Origin: Neocallimastix sp. 'constans'
Lineage: Eukaryota
Length of the DNA stretch: 64,000 nt
NCBI GenBank assembly: GCA_050613775.1
Contig: JBODTK010000145.1
Coordinates: forward strand, 124,001 to 188,000
Direction: 5' to 3'
A program made the translations under genes and the position numbers. Below the pieces are notes generated by a model. That model was not told the DNA's origin, did no database searches, and was given only the letters and a program-made list of their open reading frames with translations. This document shows, in pieces, positions 36,838-52,018 of the stretch (positions are counted from its first letter, which is position 1; every line of letters starts with the position of its first letter).

Positions 36838-39800
36838 ATAATTAGAAATCATTAATTTAAAAATTTAATTAAATTAAAATAAATATATTAATAACTATAT
36901 ATATAAATAAATTTATAATTAAATAAATATTAATTTATATAATAAAATGTTTTAACTAAATATATTATTAAATAATTGTATATTAATCTAAATAATCGGT
37001 TTAGTTAATGAATAAATTCTTAATAACTTAATAAATTGAAAATTTAATGAATATATATATATATATTAACTTAATAAATATTAAAATAACCAACTTAATG
37101 AATAAATATATATTGAATTAAATAAATATTTTACAAATGTTTTCCCTTAATAATTTTTACCCAGAATATAATTACCAAGAAATGTAGACTAACAAGTAAG
37201 AATAAGTCTTTTTTTTTTTTTTTACATTAAATTTTTATGGATTTATAATAAATTTTAATGTTACTAATTTCGAAGTTTCAAAGTAAAGAAATAATTAATC
37301 CCCATTATTAATTATTTTTTATTATGACAATCCATAAAAATTTAATCAACATTGGACAAAAAATCATTCATCCATTATTATCAATTAAATAATTAAAAAA
37401 AAAAGAAAAAAAATTTTTCATTATTTATAAAGGGTTAGGTTTAATTAATAAATTTAATTTAGTATTTAAAACTTTTTCCCCTACATGAATAAAAAGACTT
37501 ATAGCTTTAAAAATTTTGAATATAATGTCATATTTGTTTAATTTTTTGAGAAATAATTACACTGTTATAAACTCGTTTCTTACTCCAAGAGATATTATAT
37601 TTTGACAAGAAAATTTAACATAAAATAATATATATTGACATAATTATATTGATATAAATAATAATGATTATTTAAAAGATTAATAACGAAATTGAAATTT
37701 TTTATAACATTATTACCTTTTACAAAGTTTATAATAAATTTGTCTTATGAATAGAAACTTATTAAAATCTAAATATTATAATATATATATATATATTTTA
37801 TGAAATATTGAAGTTTATTTTATTATTTTAATCAAAAAAAAAAAAAATTTAGACACACATAATGAGTACCCATCTCTCATTATGACCATAACAGATATAA
37901 CTGTTAAGTGTGATATACTGGCATACAAGTACAGCATCGCTCCTCCACACGTCGTTACAAATTTCTGGAGTTGTATTCCCTATTTTTTTAATCAATAATT
38001 ATTAAATATTACTTTATTAGACATTTAATTATTAAATAAATCATATTTTGATTATAAATAAAAAAATAATAAAAAGTTATTAAATAAATCTACCATATTA
38101 ATTAAAAATATTAATTCAAACACATTATAAATAATAATGATATATATATATTTTTCATAATATTTATATTTTAGTATGCTAACTATTTAAAATACATATT
38201 TATTACTCTATATTTTTAGTTTATATATATATATTGTTATATCTACAGTTTAAATATATATTAGATAATTCATTATGAAAATTTATATTATATTATAATA
38301 AATAAAATAAAAAGAGTATTTATTAATAAATAAATAATAATAAGAATATTTATTAATAAATAATGAATATAATAAATAATAAATAAATAAATAAATAAAT
38401 AAATAATAAATAAATAAATAATAATAATAAAATGATTCATAGATACAATGATACAAGTAATATAATAATACTATATTTCTACAATTACTTAATATAATTT
38501 AAATATAAATTCAATAATTATGATAATTAATCTTGGTTTTTTCATTATAATTATTTAATAACAACATCTTAATAAAATGGAATTATTAATATACTAAATA
38601 AATTAGACTTTTTTTTTTTTTTTTATTTTTGTTGTAGAATCATTAATTAATAATTATTATAAAATATTTAATTAATATTTATAAGGTAATAACAATAGTT
38701 TTTATTAAATATAATTTTATTAATAATTTTTATTTTATTTTATTTTAATTTATTTCAATTTATATCTATATATTTATTATTAATATTGTTATTATTATTA
38801 TTTTTTAAAATCAATTAAATATTTTAATCACAGAAATCAATCAAAACAATAATAATAAGACTTAAAAAGAAAAGAAGTTTATATATATACATGATATTAT
38901 ATTCCAAAATAAAGTTTTCGAAATTATTGAGCAACTTTAGTTTACTTCTAATATACTTGTTAAAGTATAATATTATTATAATGCTATAATAAAATAGTAT
39001 TAAAATTAAGTCTCTCCATTTAATTAAAATACATACATATATATATATATTTAAAAAATTATAAATATACATTCATATGGATACTATTTAATAGTGAATA
39101 ACACATAAAAGAAATGTGTACTATTCCTTGGATTTTTTTAGAAGAAATGATTAAATAAACAAGAAGAGTAAAATAGTATTAAATATATATACTTGATTAT
39201 AATCGCAGTTTTTTGTTATTAATGCTTTTTTTTAGTAAAAATAATTTTGATATATATTTCTTTATTAATAGTTATTGATTATTAAAGTAATAAGTATTAA
39301 TAGAATCACCACTTTAAAATTTTCTGTTTATTTTTCAGATATAATATATTCATTATAAATAATTGAAAAATGAAACCAATATAATGCCTTGTTTAAAAAA
39401 AAAAAAAGAACAAAACTTTTTTTATTTAATTTTAAAATTTTTTTAATTAAAATAAAATTAATTATTTTTTTTTAATTAATCTTTTTATATCCATTTTAAT
39501 TAATATAAAAAGTATAATTCATTTATAATTCATTATTATTTTATGATGCTTAATAAATTTATCATATCCAAAAATATTATATTATTTGTTAATTATATTT
39601 TTTATATTTTATTAAAATAATAATGTAATAATAATATATGTTAACTTATATTTTCATTATTTAATTTCATTTCTTTATAATAATTAGTAAAATTTTATTA
39701 TATATTATATTATATTGTAATATACAGATATTTTTTTAAACTATAAATCTTATTAATATTATATTATTAAAATTTTAAATATATATAAAAGTAGTAAACT

Positions 39801-40004
39801 TTAATCTTTATTAAAAATGAAAATAAAATTTATTAATTAATTAATTAATTAATTTTTTAATTAAAAAGAAATACATATTAAACAAATATTAAAAATATTT
39901 GAATAAAATTTTTTACTTATAATAATTGATAATTATAATAATAAATAATATAAAGATATTACCATACTAAATAATAAATAATAAAATATATAAATTATAA
40001 TAAA

Positions 40005-40368
40005 AAAAGTATAAAAAGAGTATTTATTAATAATTAATAAATAATAAATCATTAAATAATAAATAATTGAATAATAATAAATAATAAATAATTAAATAAT
40101 AAATAATAAATAATTAAATAATAAATAATAAATAATAAATAATAAATAATTGAATAATAAATAAATAATAAAAAGAGTATTTATTAATAAATAATAAATA
40201 ATAAATAATAAATAATTGAATAATAAATAAATAATAAAAAGAGTATTTATTAATAAATAATAAATAATAAATAATAAATAATTGAATAATAAATAAATAA
40301 TAAAAAGAGTATTTATTAATAAATAATAAATAATAAATAATTTATAATAAATGATAAATGATCAATAA

Positions 40369-40410
<42 letters not shown>
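40005..40410. repeat. Compound minisatellite: (AATAAAT)n with recurring AAAAGAGTATTTATTAAT and AATTGAAT units
   Basis: Direct inspection. Confidence 0.8.
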
Positions 40411-40412
<2 letters not shown>

Positions 40413-41319
40413 AAATTAATAAATAATGAAAAAATTTGTATTTATAATAATAATAATAAATAATAATAATTAGAGTTAATCAAATACTTTTTATTAATTT
40501 TTAAATATTATTTAATTATGTGGGAATATAATTAATTAAGTCTATATATTATATAAATTTTTTTTTCTCATAATTTTCTGTTTTTCTTTTATTTTTGTTT
40601 TTATTAAATATAGTATAAATTTAAAAACTGTTTTTTTTTTTTTTTATAAAAAAAATTAATAATAAAGAAAAAATAAATTGTTAAGAAATTAATAATAAAA
40701 GAATAAAAAAATTTGTATATTTTTGTAAAGTAAGTAGTATTAATCCTTTAATTATTAAAGTTTAATAAGAGAAAAAATAGTAGTAATATATGGAATAAGA
40801 AATTATATATGTTAAATATCGATTTTTTTTTTTCTTCAAAAAATGTTATTAAAATAACTATAAATAAATAATATTTTGTATTTAATAAAATAAATAATAA
40901 AAAATATATATATTATTTAATTACAATAATATAAAAAGCTAATACTTACTATATATATATTTCTATTTCTACTAATTTTTTTAATCATTATAGAAAATAT
41001 ACTATAATTTTTTTTTTATTTTAAGAAAAATACAATTCATACTAGAACAATTGAAATCATCAAATAATATAAATATTATATAAGCTATTTGATAATAAAA
41101 ATATTATATGAATTGATTATTTTTTTTCTTTAAATAAATTTCTTTACAATATCAAGAATTATAATTTATTTATTTCATAATTTATTATTTTATTGTATTA
41201 ATTCATATACTATCAACTTAAATTTTTATTTATATATAAAAAAGAAAGAATTAATAAAAAATATAATAAAATAATTATAATTTTAATTTGCTTTCAATAA
41301 ATAAAATACTATAAAAGTA

Positions 41320-41368
<49 letters not shown>

Positions 41369-41636
41369 AAAATAATAATTTAAAAAAGGAAGAAAAATTA
41401 AAAAGAAACTTTTTTCTAAATTATTATTTTTTTATTTAAATATTACAAAGAACAAAATAAAAGTTAAAAAAAAAAGAAAAGAAAAAAAGATATTTACATT
41501 TCTATTAAATTATTTGTAAATAAAAGCTATATAAATTAATATAACAAAAAAGCAAACAAAAATATTTATAAAATATTTTTTTTATCTTGTTTAAATATAA
41601 AATTCACATATACAACATTAAATATCTTTTTTTGCT

Positions 41637-41688
<52 letters not shown>

Positions 41689-42069
41689 CCTGTTTTCATT
41701 AAATCAATATATATATACATAAAAATTTAATTTTTGTTTCTTTATTTAATAATATTGAAACAAAAATAGTTTAAAAGTTTTGTAATTATATTTATATATA
41801 TAAATATAAAATAGCTATTTATAATACATTTTTTTTTTTAAATACTAAACAAGGTATTATATAATTTTGAACATAATTTAAAAAAAAGATTATTTAAAAT
41901 AATAAAAAGGTAAGCAAATTCATAATATAATATATTGCATTTTCTATTTTTACTATAGTTATTCATTATTAAATAAAACAATTAAAAAAAATAATAATAA
42001 AAAATTAAAAATATATAAATTAAAAATATATAAATTAAAAAGTTAATATTATTAATAATATTAGAAATA

Positions 42070-42696
42070 ATGTCAAAAGGTAAATTTCTATCAAAACTTT
42101 CTTTTTTTAAAAAAAAGAAGAGAATTTCAAATGAAACTTTAAGATCTAATTCTACTTCAAGCACACCAAGTAATCATAATATGGAATCAATACCCGAAAT
42201 TGTTAGAGGTAAATAAATATTATAATTATGAATTTTATTATTATTTTTTTTTTTTAAAAAAAAAAAACTAATTTTCCATAAATAATTTTTTATGATATTT
42301 AAAATTTAAAATTATGATATTAATATAATATTATTAATAGGAAATACTGTTCCAATATCTTCAACAGGTTCATTAGAGTCTAATTTATATTCAAATAAAA
42401 GAAAAAATATATCAAACTCCAGTGTAGAAATAATTGATAAGAAAAAGAAGCAGCCATCTATAGAAGCCTCATCCTCTAAATGCCCAATACCAACACCAGC
42501 CGAATCTGCAACTACATCATCTGCATGTCATGATATTGCAAGTATAACGGAAACAAATTCTACAAAAAGTTGTAATGAAAAAGATAATGAAATTTCATCA
42601 CCAAGTGGTTCTAATTCATTAAATAACAATTTAAAGGATAAGAAAATGAAAGGTAAATATATATAATGAGAGATTTAAAAAAAATTAATTGATTGA

Positions 42697-42753
<57 letters not shown>

Positions 42754-44007
42754 GTACATAAATTATAAATAATATTTAATAAAATTTGATAAAATTTATA
42801 AAATAAATATTATTATTGTGACAAAATTTTAGAACCTGAAGATAAAGTATCATATATTCCAAAAGTTCGTATGGCTTCGGAGCTTGAAGAAAAGAATGAA
42901 AGTTCTTCCTCTGAAAGTCAAAATAAGAATAATATTATAGACACTCCACCGCATACACCTACTGCTACCATTTTTGTCACTTCAAAATCTACCGTTTCTT
43001 CTATTGGTATATATATATATATATTTTTTTTTTAAAAAAATTGTTTATAATAAATAATAAAAAATATAATAATAATAAATATAATAAATAATAAATAATA
43101 AACAATAAATAATATAAGTAATAATAAAATACTAATGATAATAATATTGCTATTAATAGATACTTATGATGATAATGGAACAAGAAATAATCAACCTTCA
43201 TCTAGTCAGAATAACAATGATAATGAGACAAAATCTAATGAGGATGATTTTAATGTATATGTTGAGGATATTATTAATAAATTAGCATTAGATACTAATT
43301 TAACACCAGAAGCTCAAACTGAAGAACCAAACAGAGAAATAACAGAGCATTATAACCCTGCTGAACAATTAACTACAGAGTCATTGACTCCAATACCAAG
43401 TAGTAATAATATTTCAATTATTCAACAACAACATCAACAAACTCCATCAAATTTAAGAATTGTACAAAATATTTCATCGTCTGATACTGATACTCCTGTT
43501 AATAATAATACCATTAATGTTTCTAATACTAATTTTAGAAAAGAAACATGTAATAATGACACTTCAAATTTAAAGAAAAATAATGAAAATAAAAAAGAAA
43601 AGGTAATAAGAGATATATATTAATAAGATGGATTTATTTTTTGTAGATTAGGTAACATTTATATTACATATAATAATTTATTTCAATTTATTTTATTTAA
43701 TAAAAAAATAGAAGGTTGATGATGATAATAATTCAAGAGACAAAGAAAATAAAACAAATGATAAAAAAGCTAAAAATAGTGATATAGAGAAATATTTAGA
43801 AAATGAAAATACTCATACCATAACGGAAAGTATGGATGTATTAAATAATACAATAGAAATGCTTAAATGTGGTATTTGTCTTGATATTTTATTAGATCCA
43901 AAGATCGTAGAACCATGTGGTCATTCATTCTGCAATCATTGCTTAAGAATGCTTCAAACTAGAGTATGTCCATTATGTAGAACACGTATTCATGAGTAAA
44001 TATCTTT

Positions 44008-44061
<54 letters not shown>

Positions 44062-44155
44062 AAAATATATTTTAAATAGTAAGATGATTATAAAATTATT
44101 TCATTTATATAATTATTGCTGATTTTGTTGATAATATATATATATTTAATGCCAT

Positions 44156-44187
<32 letters not shown>

Positions 44188-44631
44188 TTAGCTATCATTC
44201 TTCAGTTTTATTAAATGAGTTAAGCGAATTAATAGCAAAATATTCGTTAGATAAAGATCAATTAGAGGAAAGAAATCAATGTTGCCATGAAATTGAAGAA
44301 AAAGATAAACATTTAAATGATGAATGCATGAGATTGATGGAATTGATGGAATTAGCTCATCAATCAGGTAAGTTTTGAATTTATTAAAATATAAATAATT
44401 GTAAATATTTTAAATAATTTCAAATAATAGATTATTAATACAATTAAATAAAAATAATTATATAGATAATACTAATAATTATAGTGTTCAGTTCCATGGT
44501 AATTATAATATTAATTTATATATATATATATATATTTAAATAAATGTGCCATTACTAATTAATTTTTTATTTATCATATTTTAATTATAATAGAAATGGT
44601 AGAATTGAATGAAACTGACGATGATATTTAA
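42070..44631 (+). CDS. C3HC4 RING-finger protein (probable E3 ubiquitin ligase) with long S/N-rich N-terminus, about 8 exons
   Basis: Exons ~42070-42208, 42341-42652, 42833-43006, 43160-43602, 43712-43995, 44192-44367, 44466-44498, 44594-44631 with GT-AG boundaries; RING CGIC..PCGHSFCNHC..CPLCR. Confidence 0.85.
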
Positions 44632-44975
44632 TTTTAATTAATTATAACATTTATTCTTATTTTTATATTTTTATTATTCTTATTTTTTTTTTTTTTTTTT
44701 TTTTTTTTTGTTATAAATTAAAAAAAAAAGAAAGAAAAAAGAAAAGAAAAAAAGAAATCCTATTAAATTTTAATCAAGAAAATCATATTATTCATATCAA
44801 AATTATTTTAATAGCAATAAAAATAAGAATTGGGCAAATTCAAGTCAATGAATTTAAAAGTAAAGAAGACAAAAAAAATAATTAATAAATAAATAATTCT
44901 AATTATAATTATAATTCATTTTATAAATAATTATTATTAATTATTAAAGGAAAAAAAGCAAAACAAAAAACAAAA

Positions 44976-45016
<41 letters not shown>

Positions 45017-46132
45017 AAAAAAAAAAATAAAAAAAAAGGGAATTTTAAAAAATTATAATTAAAATGCTCATTTTGCAATTACAAATTTAACATATTGATA
45101 TAATTTAAATAATAAATTATGAATACTTTATATTAAAAAAAAAAAAAAAAAAAAAAGAAAGATTAAAAATTAAATAATATTCACTGACATTTCCCTAAAA
45201 TTTTCATAATATTGTTCTTTATTAATATCATAAAATTTAACATAATAATAAAATTTTATTACATTATTAATGCCAATACATAATGATATAATATACATAT
45301 TTATAAAACTCAACAATTGAAACATTTTTTGAAGTATATTTTCGGTTAATAAGAAAAATTAATATTTTATCAATTTATTTTCTTTTTTTTTTTTTTTTTA
45401 TTTTTTTTTTTTTTTATTTCAATTTTATAAATCTTTTGAATTATAAATAATAATAATAATAATAAATTATTCATTTTTATTAATATTAAAAATTGATTAC
45501 AACAGTTTTACTATTATTATTTTATTTTTATATTTTAACAAAAAATAAAAAAAAAAAAAAAGAAAAGAAAAGAAAATATGGAGTGCAATAAATATATTAG
45601 CAATAAATCATTTATTTGTTATATAGTTTTTTTTTATTTAAATTATAAAAGACAAAAACATTAATATCATAAACAAAACTATTTAATTATATTTTTTCCT
45701 AATAAAAATAAAAATGTATTTAAGAAATATTGGAAAAAAAAAAGGAACAAAAATTTCCCTACTTCTTTTTATTTATTAAATTTTTCATCTTTTTATTTTT
45801 TTTTATTTTTATTTTTATTTTTCCAATATTTTAATAGTTTTTATTTTATTCCTATTTTTTTTTTTTTTTTTTTTTTTATTCATTTTATTAACATTAAATA
45901 TATACATATAAATATATATAAAAAAGATAAAAAAAAAAAAAAAAGAAAAAAAAGAAAAAAGAAAAATTATAATTATGAAATTAAGAATCAAAAAAAAAAA
46001 AAAAAAAAAAAAAAAAAGAAATAAAAATAAAAATAGCCTTTTTTCTTTTTTTTTCTACTTTTGACTTTTGATTTTTTTCATTTTAAATAGTAAAATTTTT
46101 GTTTTCTAATTTTATTTCTTATTTCTTATAAA

Positions 46133-46163
<31 letters not shown>

Positions 46164-46256
46164 AATTAAACTGTAAATAAGGAAAAGAAAATAATATTAA
46201 AAAGAAAATATACTATAAAATCACGATTTTGTTAGAATGAAGACGAATTCAAAACC

Positions 46257-46289
<33 letters not shown>

Positions 46290-46433
46290 ATAAAATAAAG
46301 AAAATAAAAAGAATCAAATAAATAAAAAATGAATTAAAAATAAAATCTTCAAAATAAAAATAAATATAAAATAAAAATAAAAAAATAAAAATAAAAAAAA
46401 AAAAAAAAAAAAAAAAAACAATTTTAATAAGAA

Positions 46434-46486
<53 letters not shown>

Positions 46487-46927
46487 GAATTATAATAAAT
46501 AATTATAATAACTATAATATAAAAAATTATAAAGTAATGTAAAAAAAAAAAAAAAAAAATTGTATTATAGTTATAAAATAAGATAATAATAAAATAAAAA
46601 AATAAATAAAATTTTAAATAATAATAAATTGAATAATTAAAATAATTTATTAATATATATATATTAATAAGGCAATAAAAATAAAAATAATAAAAATAAA
46701 AATAAAAATAATAAAAATAAAAATAATAAAAATAATAAAAATAATAATAATAAAAAAAAAATTAAAGTAGAAAAGTAAAAAATAATATCTATATCTATAT
46801 ATAAATCAGAAGTAAAAGACAAAAAACAAAATAGAAAACAGACAACAGAAAGCAAAAAATAAAAAATTAAAAAAAAAAAAAAAATTAAACAAACAAATAA
46901 AAATATATATATAAACATAAAACATAT

Positions 46928-46960
<33 letters not shown>

Positions 46961-47482
46961 CAATAGTTATAATAAATATACCATTTAAAAAAAATCTATT
47001 TTTTATTATTATTAAACATTATAAACATAATAATACATAACTTTTATATATATATATATATATTAATAGAAAGTAAAAATGAATTTTATGAAAATGCTTA
47101 TTAATATATTAATAATTATATATCATCTTTACCTTTACTCTGTCGACTCTTAATCTGCTTTATGAATTTTAACTTTTATATATTTAATAAAGTAATTTTA
47201 TATTAATAGAATGTGGCTTGTATAGTATTTATATAACAATAGGTTTCAATCTATTTGAAGGCTTAATTTTTCAATATATTTCACGTATTCAAACAATTAT
47301 TTATATCTATTTATTTATTTCTATATAATTAATTAATATATATATTTATTTATTTTTTATTTTTTATTTTTTTTTTTTTATTTTTTAGACTCAGAAAAAT
47401 ATATAAAAGTTCATTTCATCTATAGTAAATTAAATTAATAAAATAGTATTTATTTATTATCATTATTATTATTATTATACCC

Positions 47483-47517
<35 letters not shown>

Positions 47518-48252
47518 CATTATTATTATTATACCCTTTATTATTATTATTATTATTATTATTATTTTATTTTTTTGTTAATAATAATAATAATAAAATA
47601 ATAAAATAATAAATAATAACAATTTTAATTATTTATTATATATTATATATACATATTTACAACAACAACAATAGTTAATTTTTTTTTTTTTATTCTTTCT
47701 TCTCTTTATATGTATTTTTATAAATTTAAACACTATTTAAAACAATTTTTTTTTTTCTTTCTTCTTCCTCTTTATTTTCTTTTTCTCTTGCTTTCTCTCT
47801 TTTTTATTTTATTTATTCATATAAATCAATAAATAATAATAATAAAAAAAAATTTATCTATATTCATTTATTTTTATGCTAAATATAAAATGTTTTATTT
47901 TTTATTTATTTATTTATTTTTCAATTACTTTTTTTTTTTTTTTTTTTTTTTTTATATTATTATTTATTTTATAATTGTTATTAATATTAAATAAACTGAT
48001 ATATGTTTATTTAAATATATTTATATATAAATATATATATTTTTAAATAGAAAAAATAATATTTCTTTTTAATGATAATTTACTTTCATATTATTATACA
48101 AAATAAAATAAAATAAAATTATATAAAAATTATATATTAATTTAAAATGGAAAAAACTATAAAAAAAAATTTTTTTTTATATATATATGAAATATATATT
48201 TTTTTTATCTGATATTTTTTTTTTTCATTTTTTATATATATAATTTTTTTCT

Positions 48253-48671
48253 CTATTCCTTTTCAGCATCACTAGCTCGTTTTCCTGCACAAGCTACAAC
48301 TTTAATCTTATTTGCTTGTATTGATTCATTTTCAAATCTGAAGTTTGGATTTATAACTAAGAAAGTCCAAACATCATCACAGAATCTATATGTATCTAGA
48401 TGACCCTATAATTATTTTATTAAAAAAAATAATTTAATATTAATTTTATACTAAAAATATTTTTACTTTTTATTTAAATATATATATATACCTTAAAACC
48501 GGCTTTACTTCTAACATTTTTTTGAAGAGCTTCCGCCATACTTAGATCAAACTATTTTTTTTTATTTATTTTTTATTTAAATATAATATTATTCAATATT
48601 TATTTTATTTATTTCTACTTTTTTTTTTCTTTTTTTCTTTTTTTTTTTTTTTTATTAAAATATAATTATTT

Positions 48672-48715
<44 letters not shown>

Positions 48716-48853
48716 ATAATATTAAATATTTACTTGTTGCAAAATTTTCATTGCTAATTGTGGATCAATTAAACTACTATTAATCATTTCATCTAAAGTA
48801 TCAGTAAGTGCTATTCCAACGGAACTACGACGATAGAGTTCATAATTAGTCAT
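48253..48853 (-). CDS. TOA2: Transcription initiation factor IIA gamma (small) subunit, 3 exons
   Basis: Exons 48853-48734, 48551-48492, 48405-48253 give [47 protein letters not shown]. Confidence 0.95.
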
Positions 48854-49620
48854 TTTGAATTATTTTTTCTTTTTTAAATGTAAATATAAAAATATAATGA
48901 AGTGGATAAAATTTATGAATGCTGGATAATATAATGAAATTTAAATAAGATATGATTTTTTTTTTTTTTGTATTATAATAAATATGTTTTGGTCAAAGTT
49001 CAAAGATATAAAATGTTTTTTTTCTTCTTTTAATTTTTCATAAATAGAAGGTTTTAAAATATACAAAATTATTTTTTTTTATAATTTATATAAATTATAA
49101 ATTATATATAATAAATAAAAGATATCAGTAAGTAATACGAATATTTAAAAGATCAAAATAATATTCACATTATAATATAAATAAATATATATTATTTATT
49201 TTATGTTGTAATTTAGTTATATATATATTTTTTTTGAATTGCTATAATAATTTATTCTTATATTATTAGTTTATCATGTTTAATATATTATTTTAATTTT
49301 ATCATTTATTTATCAATTATAAATAATTAGATCATAATCAAATCATTCTATTCAGATTATTTATAATAATCTTTCTTTCTGTTATTCAATTTATTTTTAT
49401 TTTTTAATATTGAATTGTTTAAATTGTATTATTTAAAGTCATCCATCTTCTGTGTACACAAAAAACAAATTTATAAACATATATAACTTCATTTACTTTT
49501 TTTTTTTATAAAACTATCTTTTTTTGACAAAGAATTTAAAATTCTGAAAACAAAGAATTATTTATATAGCTTTCTTTCTATTTATACCCCTTCCTTGCAA
49601 AGGTTATTTTCAATTAAAAT

Positions 49621-49976
49621 GATTGGCTAAAAATTTAATTTAAAATAATTTTATAAAAGTTTAAACATACCTTTTTTTTTTTTATAATTTTTGTTTATTA
49701 ATTTCATTTTAAATATAAATATAAATTTTTTATATTTATTAATTTCAATTTATATATATATATTTTATTTATAAAAAATATTAAAAATTTAAAACTATGG
49801 TGTTTCTTGAGGATAAAATAATAATTGATTTTTTGAATGTATAAAAATATATTTATTCTTAAATTAAAATAAATCCAGACTAAAGAAAAAAATTACAGAT
49901 AAAATATGTAATTTAGATTTATTTCAATTGTTAAACTTTTTTTTTTTCTTACCTTTATTTATATAAAAAGTTGATA

Positions 49977-50007
<31 letters not shown>

Positions 50008-50117
50008 ATATTTTATATCTTTAAATATATTTTCATAATTATATTATAATAATTAGTATTTCTATATATATTTTCTATATATATATTTCTTTTAAGAAAA
50101 ATCAAAAGTCACGTGTC
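49621..50117. promoter_or_regulatory. Candidate promoter motifs in the divergent TOA2/BRL1-like intergenic region: CCAAT box (GATTGGCT, 49621) and E-box (GTCACGTG, ~50108)
   Basis: GC-containing consensus motifs in near-pure AT DNA between divergent genes; motif match only. Confidence 0.3.
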
Positions 50118-50782
50118 TACAACTTTAAACAGAATATTTAAAAAGAGAAAAAAAATTTTTTTTAAAAAAAAAAATTCAATATAAAAATACCAGCTTAAAA
50201 AAGTTTTCTTTTTTCTCTTTTTCTATAATACTGTAAAATTTAAGTTCATATATATTTTTAATAAATGTGTGATTGTAATTCAATTTGAATTCTAAATCTA
50301 CTTTATAAATATATCTATTTCTATTTTTTAAACAAATGAACAAATAAAGACATAAATATATATTTAATAGCCATATATTATTATCACATTAGATTATATA
50401 TATTATTCATTTATTAACAGAATACTCATTTATTTAATTGATTCATCAATTAATTTTTTCAATTTTGAAAATTAATTTTCTTCAGTTTTTATCATTATAT
50501 ATCAAACTATTTATCAATTAACAATTAACTAATAAATATAATTAATATCAATACCTAATTCATAATTATCACTATAATATTATTTCATAAAAAATTACAG
50601 TAGAAGTTTTAATATGTCATTCATTTATTAATAATTAATTAATTAATTAATAATTGTATAAGAGTAACCAACATCAAACAATAGTCAATATTTATCAATA
50701 TCTTATTTTTATTTTATTTTTTTTTTAATTCTTCGTTATATTAATTATATTTAGTGAGAAAAATACTAAAAACAAAATAAAA

Positions 50783-51558
50783 ATGTTTGTTAGATATCCA
50801 TATCCATATAGACGCGATGCATTCTATCGTAGTAGAGCAGCGCCAATGGAAATAGATCGAGATGAAGCGCCACCTATTTGGGCTTTACCAGTAGAAAAGA
50901 AAAAATCTCAAAATAATAATGAATTAAGAAATAGACATACTACGAGTAAAAAAGAAATATTGAAAGAGAAAAAGAAAAAGGAAAAGGATAATCAAGAAGA
51001 CGAAGAAAACGGAGATTCCAATTCGAAATTAGTAAAATATGTTCCAAAAAATAGTTCTTCTGGAAGAAATAAATGTGAAGATGAGGATAAAATAACGGAA
51101 TGTACTCATGATAGCTTTATGGAATCAGAAAGTGATTATGATGAAGATAGTATTTCTACTGAAAATCAAATGAGTTTTGAATATCAACATCCTAATAATT
51201 TAGTTAGGGTATATATAATTTTAAAATAATATTATATATATTTATATAAACATTTTATTTTGTATATCAAATATAATTTTTTTTACTAAATATAATTTTT
51301 TTTAAATATTTAATATTATTATGTATTTAAAATTTATTTTTAAGCCAATTAATCCATATTATTCAAGTGAAAATGAATATTATAGAAAGCCATCAAAATC
51401 AAAAATTTTAAAAGATTCAAATTTTCCACAATTACTTACAAGGTATAAATTATATTTTTATATTTATTTTTATATTTATTTATTTATTTATTTCATTTAT
51501 TATATAATTAGCTATAAAAAGAAATTTATTATTTTATTATTTTTTTTATTTTATTTTT

Positions 51559-51609
<51 letters not shown>

Positions 51610-51987
51610 TATTATAAAAAATAGCTATTCAAAATTTTTATTCAATGCATTACTTTTGGTTGTCGCAGTTTGGATATTATTTTATTTCATAATAACAATT
51701 AAAAAGGATATTAATATAAAATACAATGAACATTTAATGGGTAAAATATTTATTATTATAATATATATATACATATACATATATAAAACTAATTATATAT
51801 ATATTTAAATATAAAACGTATAAAAATAGAAAATATGAAAAATATTTCTGATTGCTATGAAAAATTTGAAATTAATAAATGTTCTTCAGATATAAAAATA
51901 CCAGCGTTAGAAGATACTTGTAAAGATTGGGAAGCATGTTTAAATCAAAATCCCGATGATATTAAAGTGTAAGTAATTGTTTTTCTT

Positions 51988-52018
<31 letters not shown>

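Noticed and set aside
37431..37440. Scattered telomere-like words (AGGGTTAGGT; TTAGGG at ~60828)
   Set aside because: Single copies, no tandem array
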